From NCBI RefSeq assembly GCF_009914755.1, contig NC_060937.1: a stretch of 64,000 nucleotides of DNA. One strand, written 5' to 3'. The notes under the pieces are model-generated. The model had not been told where the DNA came from, did no database searches, and saw only the letters and a program-made list of their open reading frames with translations. The first letter of the stretch is position 1. Each line of letters begins with the position of its first letter. This stretch comes from the human T2T-CHM13v2.0 reference genome, Homo sapiens. Of this stretch, positions 1 to 12,810 are shown one piece after another. A program made the position numbers and the translations under genes.

Positions 1-187
1 TACACTAATTTTATAACTTAAAACATCACTTCTTTAATCATCTCTTACTGTCCCTAACAACAGAAAATATATTGAAATTTCTGAAGAGTTGAAGACTTTC
101 TACTGTTTCCCAAGCCTATGTATGTTTATAGTGTGTGAATTAAAAGCAAGCCTTTTAAATTCAGCTGCATGTAATGCTCATGCATTA

Positions 188-225
<38 letters not shown>
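188..225. repeat. (AAT)n microsatellite
   Basis: About 12 perfect AAT units. Confidence 0.95.
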
Positions 226-226
<1 letters not shown>

Positions 227-2501
227 GGGTCTGAATTGATATCCTGAAAAAGGCTGATACATCCAGAAAAGTCACTTAGATCTGCATTATTGTTCTTCTC
301 TGGGTCTACATATAATTTATAACCAAATTTTCTATGTGTGTCGGCCACCTCTGTGGATGCAGGTACTGACCATTGGGATGAATGTGAATCTTCACTAGTC
401 CTCATGGCCAGCCCCTGGAATTAGGGGTTAGAAATCAATGTTTAATTCCTTTTTCTGCCACCAACAACTTTGCTTTACCTACCCAGCCCTTGCTCCTTTG
501 CTTCTTTTTTTCTCCTTTTTGTGCCACCTAATTTTACAGATCCAGTTTAAAGTACTACATTTTCTATAATTACCCCTAGCTGTTCCCCTTCACAACAAAT
601 CAATTGCTGTTTTATTATTGCTTACATATACTTTACTCATACTTCAGTCACATTCTATCAGTTGTTTAGTCACAGAAAAACTTCATCCAATATGACAAAA
701 ATTAGGTTTTATTAATATTTGAATCTGCAATGTCAAATATTAAGTCCTCTTTAAATACTTGCTGAAATAAATTGATAATTTATTTGATACACTTTCTCAT
801 TTATGGACTGCTTTTAAATTACTTTCTCATATATAATGATGGAAAACATGTTGATTTTGCAATAAAGAGCCAGTATATGTTTTTAAACATCGGAAAAATA
901 TCTTGCTTTGAGGAAGTCACTTGGGCCACGACAGACAGAAAAAAAAAAAACTAAAAACATTATTCTATTGAGAAGAAGCATTCCATTGTTAACACAATCT
1001 ATCTACTTATTAATCTATTTAACAACTACTAACGTCCTACTGTATGCTAGGTAAAATTCTGAAGACACAAATTAATGACAAAGTCACGCAAATGACTCAG
1101 CATAGAGAAGCGGGACAGACATATAAACAAAGAGCTAGTAAGATAATCTTTTCATCTTTTTCTGGATGTTTCTTGATATTAATATTTACTTTAAAAAATT
1201 TTTGGAATTGTAAGAGTTGATGTGCATTATAAATTTTGCAAATATGATTTATTTTGGCCATCAGTGTAGTCTGGGACATTCAAGCTCCTATCCTTGCTCG
1301 TAGAAGATCCAACTATTTGCCCCACAAGCAAACAGTGAGTATGAGCTATCATTTTAAAATGTGTTGAACCTGCAGGCCTTGTGAGTTACTGTATTGGGAT
1401 TGGGGAAATCTGCTCTGTGTTCTGCCAGAGAATTACAACATATTGCTGCCTGGAGCAATGTTAACTTTTAATGTCTTTTTTGTGGAATCTTTGGCTATTT
1501 TTCCTCCCATCATACAGAATAATTACAGTGTTTGTCCTTGCCCTTTCCACATTACTTTGTATCACACTTACTAATCTTTTTTACATATTATCAGGAATCT
1601 CGAGAGAATGCTGCTTAAAGGTATGCCCTTTCAGAATTTCTGGCTAGAAATAGTACTTGTATAAAAGTAATGAATAGAATTTTCTTGATGCAAAATCATA
1701 TGACAATGGCTATGTCTGTAAGAAAAATCTTTTTGTTTTAAAGTTTAGAAAGTGGTCTGCATTTGGTAGTGCAAAAGATTGGGCACTCTCTGAGTTTTGT
1801 TATTAATTAAGTGTATATAATCATATAGAAGTCATGTAATTATCCTGTGCCTCCATTTCTTCAGCTAGCTCTAGATTTTTGTTTGTTTTGTTGTTTTTTT
1901 AAAATGGCATCCTTGATTATGATGACTACACTCTAAACACATTGTTTTAAAGCTGTACACATATCTATTTTAAAGTGGCCAAGTTAAATATATTGACTAG
2001 TCCTTTCCCCAACTCTTGTTAATTGATCCAGATTGAGATGTTTTCTTTGTTCTTTTTTCCTTATTTATGAATAACTGAATTACAGATGTGACAATTCCAG
2101 CTGGAATAAAGGAAATTAGTGTCTACACAAATAAAATATGGCACTTAATTGTAAGCTGTAAGCATTCTCCTCACATGGTAGAGACGCCTGAGAAAGGAAA
2201 CAATATCTTTTGAATGCCTATGCCTAGCCATGATTAAATATAAATCGTTCATTGTAATTTACACAATTACAATGTGTAATTACACATTGTAATTTCACAA
2301 AGTTATTTTGAATCATAACTTTTAGTTTTTAAATACCAAATAATAAGGAATTCATCGTTTAAAAAGAGTATAACATGCTCTTTTTTGGCATGTTATACAT
2401 ATTTTCTAGTTCAAAAACCTCATGAAGCATGCATTATCTCCATTTTACAGATGAGAAAGTTGAGGCTCAGTGTGAACTAACATATAAAAAGGAAATAATC
2501 C

Positions 2502-2835
<334 letters not shown>

Positions 2836-5019
2836 TTATCATACCAAACAGTTTTCCAGGGAAATCAGACAAATAATATTGCTTTAAATTAGTAGATTAG
2901 TTTATCCATGATATTTATTTTATTTTTTTGGAGAAACAACTCTGTCATTATTTTTGTTAGTGACACAGACATTGAAAATAGTCACACTATAGAGCTAATC
3001 AAAATTAGTGTGCAGATTTCCTGTTTGTTTTGGGCATTAATTCCTTCATTCCTTAATCGATATGTTAACATAATCATATTTTAAATTTGCTCAGTTCTTC
3101 CCTTCAAACATGGAAAAACAAAAATCTACTAACCCTTCTAGGCATGTTATAGCAAATACCCTTTTTCTACCCATCTTTATGTTATTAACTGATTCACAAA
3201 AGGTAAGTTTCCAGGGGAGAAATCAAATAAATAAAGATTGTCAAGGTTTGCTGCTTTCAAATTTACTTATATGGCAGCATATTTCCTATAAGAAATGCTG
3301 AGAGATGTAAACACCTAGAGCTCCTTCCTTTCCTGCACTAGCCTATCCCCAGTTAGTGAGAATCAAGACTTGGCTGTGCTCCAACACGGCAACTCTATTC
3401 ACACGTTTAAGGCAAAGAAAGATACTTCCTTCCTTTATAAACATACACCTGATTGGAAAGAAAAGCTTCTGTTGCTTATGTTTTTATCTCCTTCATTTTA
3501 AACACTAGCTAAAGACTTCATTTGATTTTCTTTTACTCAGATATATGTCTTACTATAGTAATGTTACGATAATCATCATTGGTTAGTTTAATTATTAAAC
3601 AATGAAAGTAGGATTAGAAGAGACTTTGTGCCTTAAACTAAAATGAATTTGCTGTTTCATTTGTACCTACAACTAAACATTCATAATTTTGCCATTTCAT
3701 TCTTATTTAATCTAAACAAGATATAAAATATTAAAGAACAAATTGGTTCCAAATATTAAAAAGAAATTAAAAGTTTCCAAGAAGTGATTAAAAAAGTTAG
3801 TTTATTTTTGTATTTTCCCTTTGTAAAACACCTTGTCACAGTAGATTATGGAAAGTCTGTTATTTGCATGTATATTATATATAAATATATAAATTATTTC
3901 AGATTAATTAGTGAGATGAGAGACTCACTACTAAAGAATCTTCCCAAACAGTATCTTAATTCACAAAATATCTGAAGAGTTAAAGAAAGAATAACAAAAA
4001 TGCTTGCTATTATGCCTAGCCATGACTGAATATGAATCATTCGTTGTAATTTGTACAATTATTTTGAATCATAAGTTTTTGTTTGTTTTAAAATACTAAA
4101 TAATAAGGAATCCATGGTTTCAAAAAAGTAAAATGCATGCACTCTTTAACTACTAAACATTGTCGAAGGAGTGTCATAGGTAGTATGCTATACTGCTATC
4201 AACTGGGGATAAGAAAGACCAAACTGAGTTTTAAGCATGCTCACTCAGGTGTTTGCTATTCATGAAAAATAAATAAAAAGATGAAAACCCTATGCTCAGC
4301 TGGAAAAATTATTAGTGAGAGTATATTGAATGTAGTAGGCATATATATTTATTTGAAGAATTTAATACACACTTAGTGAATACCCAATATGTATGCAGGA
4401 ATATGATATGTGTAATAAAAAATAAAAGAATATAAATAACCTGTTCTCTTTCCTCAAGCATCTTACAATCTTGTGGATTAGAAAGGCATGCTAAAAATTA
4501 ATTTTGTAACAAGGTAGAAGGTCCTATGGGGCTTCTTAATCAGTTCCTTGCTATAAAACAATAAACATATTGTTGGCTGCCCAGTATTAATTTATGATAG
4601 ACTCAAAGCACTTTTCAAGCAACATTATTCTTTATTAAATTTCATAACCTAACACCTATTAGCATATCATCCTACCTTCTTGTGGCATTATTGTTGATGT
4701 AGATCATTGACCTCACAAGACAATAATTCAGTTCTCACTTGTCTTGACTGAAGTTTTGGAGGAAGAGGAGACAGGAAAACAAAGGGTTTCTTGTTTTGAA
4801 ATATACAATGAATCAGGAGTGAGAACAGAAGGAGATTTTGGATTCTCTTTGATTTTACACCTCCCCCTAACACTTACCCATGGTTACTGCTGTCTAGAGT
4901 AGATTCTCAAAAACCTTTCTAAATTAACTCATTAGGAGAGTGACTTTTTAAGTTAACATAGCCTGTGACAAGCCTGGGACTAGAACCCAGGTTGTGCATA
5001 AGGAGTAGGAAGATGTTGG

Positions 5020-5205
5020 GCTTGGAGTCAGTGCAGAGAGAAAAAGTCTGGTTGTTCAACTCATGAAACTTCTGACTGGGCAAGTCTTTGAGCCTGAGTT
5101 TCCTTGAATATAAAATTGGGAATGTTCAGAGATGTATGAGAATTTCATGCAATAATAGATGTAAAGTGTTTCTGTCTGACACAGAGAAGACACTCATAAA
5201 ATGTT
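5020..5205 (+). mobile_element. MIR fragment
   Basis: Degenerate MIR core: ctgggcaagtctttgagcctgagtttccttgaatataaaattggg...atgagaatt...gatgtaaagtg. Confidence 0.6.
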
Positions 5206-5828
5206 CACCCATTTTTCCTTCCTAGGACGTCAGAGGGATGTGAATTTTGATCTGTGGTGTCATATGTTGTATCTCTGTTGTGACATGGCAGCCTGATCGC
5301 AAATCATGTGTATTACTGTTGCCAGCGAAAACATAATAAAGGTTATTAAGGAACAAATCCCCCAGATCCACTCTGTGTATGGGGGTGTAGGACATAGCTT
5401 AAATCAAGAACTCTGTGACTTTACTTGGCCTAGGATAAGAGGAAATAAAAAGACAGCAGGAGAGAAGAATCTCTTCTCTTCCCTTTGTTACAGAAATATT
5501 AAGCTACAGAAAAATCACAGCATAATTATGAACATGGTGTACATGCAAAAGGAGAGGTGCCTAAGAAGTAGGGATTTTTGAATTTATGTCACTAATCTCT
5601 GTTATCAATAAATATCACCAGCATCCAGTCTAAGCTGCAACTGAAATTTATTTCTTAGTTTTGAACTCAAGAAAAAGTAGAATAGGTTCTCCATCATCAC
5701 CTCTCACATATTCCAATGTACTTGTCTTTCCCATATTCTTACTCATTTTGCATTAATTTGCCTTTATTTAACATTGTCACAGGGTCTTGCATTTTCCTAC
5801 CTTTAGTTTGGTATAATTAATTTAAAAA

Positions 5829-5834
5829 TGTGTG

Positions 5835-5876
<42 letters not shown>

Positions 5877-5901
5877 CATGTGTATATATATGTGTGTGTG
5901 T
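5829..5901. repeat. compound (TG)n/(TA)n microsatellite
   Basis: Alternating purine-pyrimidine tract seen directly. Confidence 0.9.
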
Positions 5902-5904
5902 ATC

Positions 5905-6175
5905 AAATGCAGCTCACATTATCATGTACCCTTCACTGTTTTAATTGTATACTTTAAATGTGCTAACTCATTTAACTTAATTGTATACTTTAAATGTGCT
6001 AACTCATTTAATATTCCTAGCAGTCTATCAGTAACCCCATTTTCCTGATGAGAAATTGAAGGTGTGAAAAAGGTTAAAAATAAACAAGTAACATCATATA
6101 TTTGGTCAGTAGTGGTCATGATTCAAATTGACACCATTTGGTTCCAGAGCCTGGGCTTTCAGACTTTACACTGTG
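5905..6175 (-). mobile_element. MIR containing a 36-bp tandem duplication
   Basis: aactcatttaatattcc...ccccattttcctgatgagaaattgaaggt...gattcaaatt...ttccagagcc matches the reverse MIR core. Confidence 0.7.
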
Positions 6176-6571
6176 GTAGGCTGATTACTATGCTGAAGCT
6201 ATTTCATTTTAATTTAACTATCTTAATCAACCCATAGCACCATTCTTTCATAAATTTCAGTATTCTCATAAATAGAGTGAAACTTTATCTCTTTAAAATA
6301 AGCCCTCACCAGATCAGAGTAGCCAAAATATCAATTTAAAAACATATGGTTTTTTTAAAGATTGAATTTGTAGATCAGTTGTTTAAATATGAAAGCAAAG
6401 CATTACATTGTGGTTAGATACCAAGAATACTTCACGAAGGTCTGTTTAACACATTATATATTGACTAATTATTAATTAAGGCATTTATGATCCTGTATCC
6501 TGGCAGCAAGGAGGCAAGTTTGGCCAAGAAGAGAATAGACAAGTTTCCTCCTTATTTTAAAAATAAATAGG

Positions 6572-6870
6572 GGCCTGGCACGGTGGTTCACACCTGTAAT
6601 CCCAGCACTTTGGGAGGCCAAGGTGGGTGGATCACGAAGTCAGGAGATTGAGACCAGCCTAGCCAACATGGTGAAACCCCATCTCTACTAAAAATACAAA
6701 AGATTAGCTAAGTGTGGTGGCACATGCCTGTAAGCCTGGCTACTTGGGAGGCTGAGGTGGGAGAATCACTTGGACCAGTGACTCGGAGGTTTCAGTGAGC
6801 AGAGACTGCGCCACTGCACTCCAATCTGGCAACACAGTGAGACTCCATCTCAAAATAAAATAAAATAAAA
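6572..6870 (+). mobile_element. Alu SINE, AluS (Sg/Sc-like)
   Basis: Full dimer with (TAAAA)n tail; flanking AAATAGG repeat acts as TSD. Confidence 0.93.
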
Positions 6871-7666
6871 TAGGGATGTCTATAGGCAAAATTTTAAAAT
6901 AGTTAAAATCTGACGCTGGCACTTTCCAAATATCCTTAGTGTCTTCCAGCTATTTTAGCCTATAATATTTCATTTTCATGGCAATCAAAATTTCTGTTCC
7001 CTTAAGTCAATTGATCTTTACTATGTCTTAGGTGGGAAACAATGGAAGTAAGCAAATCATAATATATAAATTATGGTTGCCCCATGATGGTTCCAGAGGT
7101 ATTTTTGCATTATACAAAGATTTTCCTTACAGAGATTAATAGTAAATTAATTGAATTGGTCCAGAAATGAAGAGAGACAAATTCAAACAGCCCTGGAGGC
7201 AGCTTTTCTTCTGTAAGAGGCTGACTCAGCTGACCCGATGAACTCAATGGAAAAACAGGTGGACTGGGTGTTCTTTGAAGCCATCCTCATCCAAGGCCAC
7301 TTTGTGAACCTGAAATTTTGTCTGTACATAGCGGTCCAGACGCCTATGTCCTTTAATCTCTAATTACATTGCAGGGATGGGGATCTGCTCGTGGAGTGGT
7401 TTTCCTGTTGTGACTGGTCTTGCTGTATCCAGTCTAAGTATACATCTCTATGAGATGAAGCAGCTTGATGGAGCTTGGTAGTGATTCTTTCCCTGCTAAC
7501 TGAGCACTCTGCAGGGTGCTAGTGTGTGTGTGCATGTATGTGTATCCTTTTTTGCACTACAACAGAACAAAGGCTTGTGTTGTGGGGAAGGGCATTTTAG
7601 GGCATGCCAAGTTACTCTGGCCTTCTCTGAAGTCAGCTCTCCTATTCATTTCAAGACTTTTTTATC

Positions 7667-7667
<1 letters not shown>

Positions 7668-7715
<48 letters not shown>

Positions 7716-7740
7716 TGTGTGTACATATGTATATATATAT
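7668..7740. repeat. (TA)n(TG)n(TA)n compound microsatellite
   Basis: Seen directly. Confidence 0.95.
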
Positions 7741-10456
7741 TTTTTTCTTTCCTCATGTCAAACCATGCCTTTTCTAATTGCACTAGTGTGGATACCAGCA
7801 ACTCATGTCATCTGTTGCAAGGGAGTCAGTACTGGAGATGGGAGCACTTTTTTGTCCATAAAGTTAATTTGCAAATCAGGTGTTTATATGTCTGTCATTT
7901 TGTTAATGAATGGAATGCTTCTATTATTTTTCTTTCCAGATGTACTAGATGTTTTGAGATCTCTTTGGCACTACTTGTTTTTGCCATTTTGGAGGATATT
8001 ACAGCGGTATTCTCATCAAAGTAATTAGCTTGTTAGATAAGCTCTGCAGGTGGCAGGTAATGTGATACATTAGTTAAATTGTAGCCCCAAAGACTTGTGG
8101 GAATCAGAATTGCAAACACAGCCTGAGTTCCCAAGTCCCATGAACCTACCCTTTTAGGATGTACCTCGCCTACAGTGAGAGTGAACACTGCAATAACAGA
8201 TCATCATCATAAGGGCATGAGCCAATTCTCCTGGAGAAAATGTTCATGTAAAGACAGTGTTTAGAGAAGCACATTTGGATATGCTGAAATTTTTCCACAA
8301 CCCCCAGACATGTCAATCAAAGATAACACAATGCAAGTATCTCTGAGTGACACTTCAGGCTGCATTCATAAGCAACCTGCCTCATTCAAAGTCAATGAAG
8401 AGACAGGACTTACAAGCCCATGCTGAAAAGTTATTGAAATGTGACTGACATCTCAAATAAATGGTGTCAAAGGGTTTACATGACCTCGTGCTGAAACACA
8501 GCAGGGTTAATCAACGTTATGGCAGTTGGGTACCACAAAGACCTTCCTTAGGCTTTATTTATTTAATTTAATTAATATCACTCAGTGGGGTTATTATCAC
8601 CCTTCTGCTCTCTCCCTCTGTCATTTCGCCCACCATTTGTACTATTTGTTGTAAACTTTTGCTTTGGTTAAAGTGTGGAAGGTAGGAAGTAGAGCCTCTG
8701 TTACCACTGAGGCTTTTGTGGATAAACGATAGTGTTACATCTATTTCCACTGTTTGAATTCCTCTAGAAGATGTTGAGCTTCCACCGTTGTGTTCCAAGA
8801 TGGGGTGCCTCCTGGGAGAGGATGGAGCAGCAAGCCTACAATCCTATTCAAAGAATTTTCAGTGGTACATGAATTTAATGATTTACTAAAACCCATCTAC
8901 TCTCAAAAATGGTCAGAAAGGGGATAGCAGTGGTAAGTTTGAGCTGGGTCTATTTAATCATTTTGTCAGTCCCCCAAGGCAGACATATTCTCCTGCCTGG
9001 TGATAACCACTTGCCTACTGGAAACTGTTTTTTTAATTTTTTTTTACTTAACACCACCTTGGGACAGAAGTCAATCCTCTGAGAACAATTTGTTGTAACA
9101 TTACTACTTATCGGCATTCTTGTTATATTTCTGTTTTATGCTGAATATGTCTATGAGTTTTCTTCCACATCGTTGTAAAGTACAGAAGGTATATCATAGC
9201 TAATGACCTTGCCTAATAAAAGAAGGAGAGAGAAAGAAGGGAAAAACAAAACAAAACAAAACAAAGCCAACTCTTTGTGATGAACAGAATCTGGCAATTG
9301 CTATAATTATATTCATGGTAATTATGCCTATGGTTTAAAAAGTGTAAGCAATTATGAGTTACATGTTAGTAATAATGCATGATAGACATGTGCATAAAAA
9401 ATACGTGTGTGTGTGTTTGTATGTGTATATTTGTGTGTGTGTTTCAAACTAATAATCTGGCTTTATTTCAACTCCATATTTTGAGTCCAGGATTTTTGGG
9501 CCTTTTTGTACCATGTGAATTTATTAGTCTATAAGAATGAGTCACTGGTTAAAATAATATAATCATGAACCCTAGCAAGGTTCTCTGCTAAGGGCACAAT
9601 CATATACTCTTCTCTAGAATCATATAAATATACATATATATATATGTATTTTAGCTAGAGGTAATCGTATATTCCATATATAGAGATATTATATATGTAT
9701 ATTCTCTCTATAGTTAAAGGAGCTAGCAAAGAAGTTTGTTTTTCTATCTTTCCAGACACTACAAGACACTACTACAAAATAAGTGAATAAGTACCAGGTC
9801 TGATAAAATCAAATAAATTATCTATTCTAGATTCAATTCACAATTCCTATTAAAGCCTTTTGCAATAAAAGCAGAGAAAAAATTAAAGTGAAAAATGAGA
9901 GTAAAAAGACCATATTCCTTATTATTAATTATTTTAAAATTTTTAAAAAGCATGAGAGTTAGACTTGGGAAAGATCACCTTGGAAAGAGAGTATATCAAA
10001 CACGATAGCAATAGACTTTTCTTTTAGGAAGAATAATGGTTTAATGTTTAATTAATCTTATCCATTTCTGCATTTATGGGAAGGCAGAGAAGAGTCTGCT
10101 TTATAATGTAGAAAATTAAATATTAAAACCTTGGTGCCTACCAGACTTAGATTTTCATATTATGAATGAGCATTTTCACTTTCTGCACACACAAAGAAAC
10201 AGGAGATAGATGCAGTCACTTAGCTCTTCAGTAAAGGGATTATTTCAATGTATTTCTGATACCATCTTGCTACTAGAAACAAAACACATCGAATATGAAT
10301 ATTTAAAATCAAAACAAAAATGCAAAACTTTAAGATGACTATCATATATAACATACATCCTTAATTGTAAAGGGCATAGGTGAAAGAGTTCTTCAGTGTT
10401 TTTTTTTAACAGATGAATTATCCAAACTTAATAGATCTAAAATCTAAAAAAGGTAT

Positions 10457-10959
10457 TGTTAGTACAAACTGCACCATTTTGTAAGCTCCTCACTGTTTTG
10501 CAGATCTCGGTCAAAGTGAAACATTTCACAGGGGTTCGGGCCATGAGAAACACCCTGCCTAACCACCTGACCACAGGGTGGACAAAGGCCCAAATAAAGA
10601 ACCATCCCTATTATATCTTGCTGGACAGAGGTCCAAGAAACACCATGATGACATCTCACGGGAACAAGGGCCAGAACTGCCTCATCATAGGAACATCTTA
10701 TCAAACAAGGGCCAGAACTGCCTCATCATAGGAACATCTTATCAATATCCTGCCAGGCAGCAAGCCATATTGCCCAGACCCCTCCCACCCATACCTATAA
10801 GTACCCCTAGCCTGTATGCACCGGTGGGCCCTGGCATTAGGCTGGTCCCCTACTTCTGCAGGTTTTATGCTGGACATAAAGCCTGCATTTGCCGTTGAGC
10901 CCCCCTCTTTCTGTGTGTGTGTCTTTCTTTAACCTTCGCCTTCCCTTCAAATCCTAACA
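10457..10959 (+). mobile_element. ERV1 solo LTR, LTR15-like (HERV15 group)
   Basis: Inverted termini TGTTAG...CTAACA; 5-bp TSD GGTAT/GGTGT; TATAA at about 10796. The family name is recalled from consensus and is less certain than the LTR call itself. Confidence 0.8.
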
Positions 10960-12559
10960 GGTGTACTGCTTAAAGACTATTACAATAGTTTTTACATACT
11001 CTAATGCCCTTTTCAGTGAGAAAACTGAAGATATTAATTAGAAGAGAAATGTGCTGGTAGATTAAAATACAGAAATGACAAATGAGAACAGAGAAAAGAA
11101 AGATCAGATATTTACACGTTTAACTCAAATTGGTGCATGTTTACTTTACTTATAGTTTGGGCCAAATTATATATTTTCTAAGTAAATAGAAAATTTAGAC
11201 TCCTATTTTAAACTATAATTGGACTTTTAGTCCCCAATGAGTTATTATTTATTATAATGTGAGGATTGTAGAAGAGATGAAAGAAATGGCTGTATTAGAC
11301 AGTCCCATCTCCTAAATGGATGTGAAACAATGTCATCTTCACTGATCCAGGAAGATAGTTTACCTCTCTGTGACTGGTTTCTTGCTCCAGAAAAAGAACA
11401 GAATTGATTTGAAAGGAAAATAAGGCACTGTTAACCAACATCTTTCCTAAACTTAAAAGATTAACATGTTATTTAATATAGAAAATCTCCTAATTTTTAA
11501 TACATGCATTTCTGAACTTTTGACATCTTGATTTCTAACCTTACAATTTGTTGCTTCTAAAATTAAACCAGGTTTAAAAATAGCATAATCAGCATGATGA
11601 CATGCTATTTTTCAATATGCATTAATACAATTATGGGGGAGTGTAGCAAAAAAAAGAAAAAGAAAAATTCAGAGAATGTTTAGTAAAGAAATAGCATATC
11701 AAAGAAACTAAGTACATGTCTTTATCTTTTCATCTTATTTTCACACAATTTTTAGTTTCCACTTTAACACTTTCCTTCAATTACAATCGGCAGCACATCG
11801 TGGACTTTAGGGTGCTACCTGAAACAAGTGTCGTTGAGACAGAGATGATGGATTTATGTATACAATTTCAGTTCTAACAGATGTTGTAATGCCCTGCATA
11901 TCCCATCCTTGTTCTGATCATAGAAGACCATTTTTCAATAAGAACTCAATGCCTGCCTATCCATCCATCAGCACATTTGACTGTGCGAACCTTCACCAAG
12001 CCAGTCAAATGACTCCATAGAATTTCTGCTGTTGTTATCAGGAAGCAAATGGTTTCCATTCAGGAGAACTAAAAACTCAAGTGTCTAGTCTGGCTTAATT
12101 ATCTAGCAAGTTGACTTTGATATGACTAAAGTTTCTAGTGGTAAGTTTTAGGAAACTATGTGGAGTCAGAGAGTTAGTTGATTTTCCTGTCTATAAAAAC
12201 AAGAAAAGAATGACTATTACTTCAGTTTCAATTTTCATTTCTTCCCGATTAGCAGTTAGTCTTCCCATTTAACTACATTACCGTACTTTCCCGCCTCCAA
12301 GAATGTACATGTTCTTAGATCACCAGAAATATACTCATCATCCCACCTGCATCTTCCCCCATGCCTGTTCATCTTCCAGTCCACAATTAAAAGGCTGTAT
12401 CTTGCAAGAAGTTGTTCATGGTTTCTCCAGCTAGAAATTTCTTAGGTGAGTTCACTATAAAGTTTACTCTCTAGTGTATTTACCAACCGAAAGTGCAATT
12501 CAAAGATCTTCCATTTTCACCATGTTTAAATCAATAAATTAAGAAGTAGAAGGCATGTG

Positions 12560-12810
12560 TGTCAAATAGGTGGTAACATATAGTTCATAGCAACAATGGC
12601 AGATGACACAAAAAATTCAAAATAATTCTAAGAGACTGTAAGAATGGGTCAAAATCAACAAGATGGAAATTAATAGTAATCATGACAAGTACAGAACATA
12701 GCATTAAAAAAAATAACTTTTTATGACTACAGATATGGTTGACAAAGTATATGTCAAAAATATTGGGGTTCTTAATGTATAGGAGGTCAATAAAATTCAA
12801 GAATTCAATA
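12560..12810 (+). mobile_element. Ancient L3/CR1 LINE fragment
   Basis: gcagatgacacaaa...ttcaaaataattctaagagactgtaagaatgggtcaaaatcaacaagatggaaattaatag resembles degenerate CR1 RT-region sequence. Confidence 0.5.

Noticed and set aside
3126-3208. TACTAAC branch point, AG and perfect AAG|GTAAGT donor
   Set aside because: The branch point is only about 9 nt from the AG and the pyrimidine tract is minimal; probably chance.
7516-8028. Longest ORFs (170 and 166 aa)
   Set aside because: Held open by the (TA)/(TG) microsatellite (VCVCVC runs); no recognisable protein features.
11974-12011. 10-bp inverted repeat CATTTGACTG/CAGTCAAATG
   Set aside because: A short stem with an 18-nt loop is expected by chance in 64 kb.
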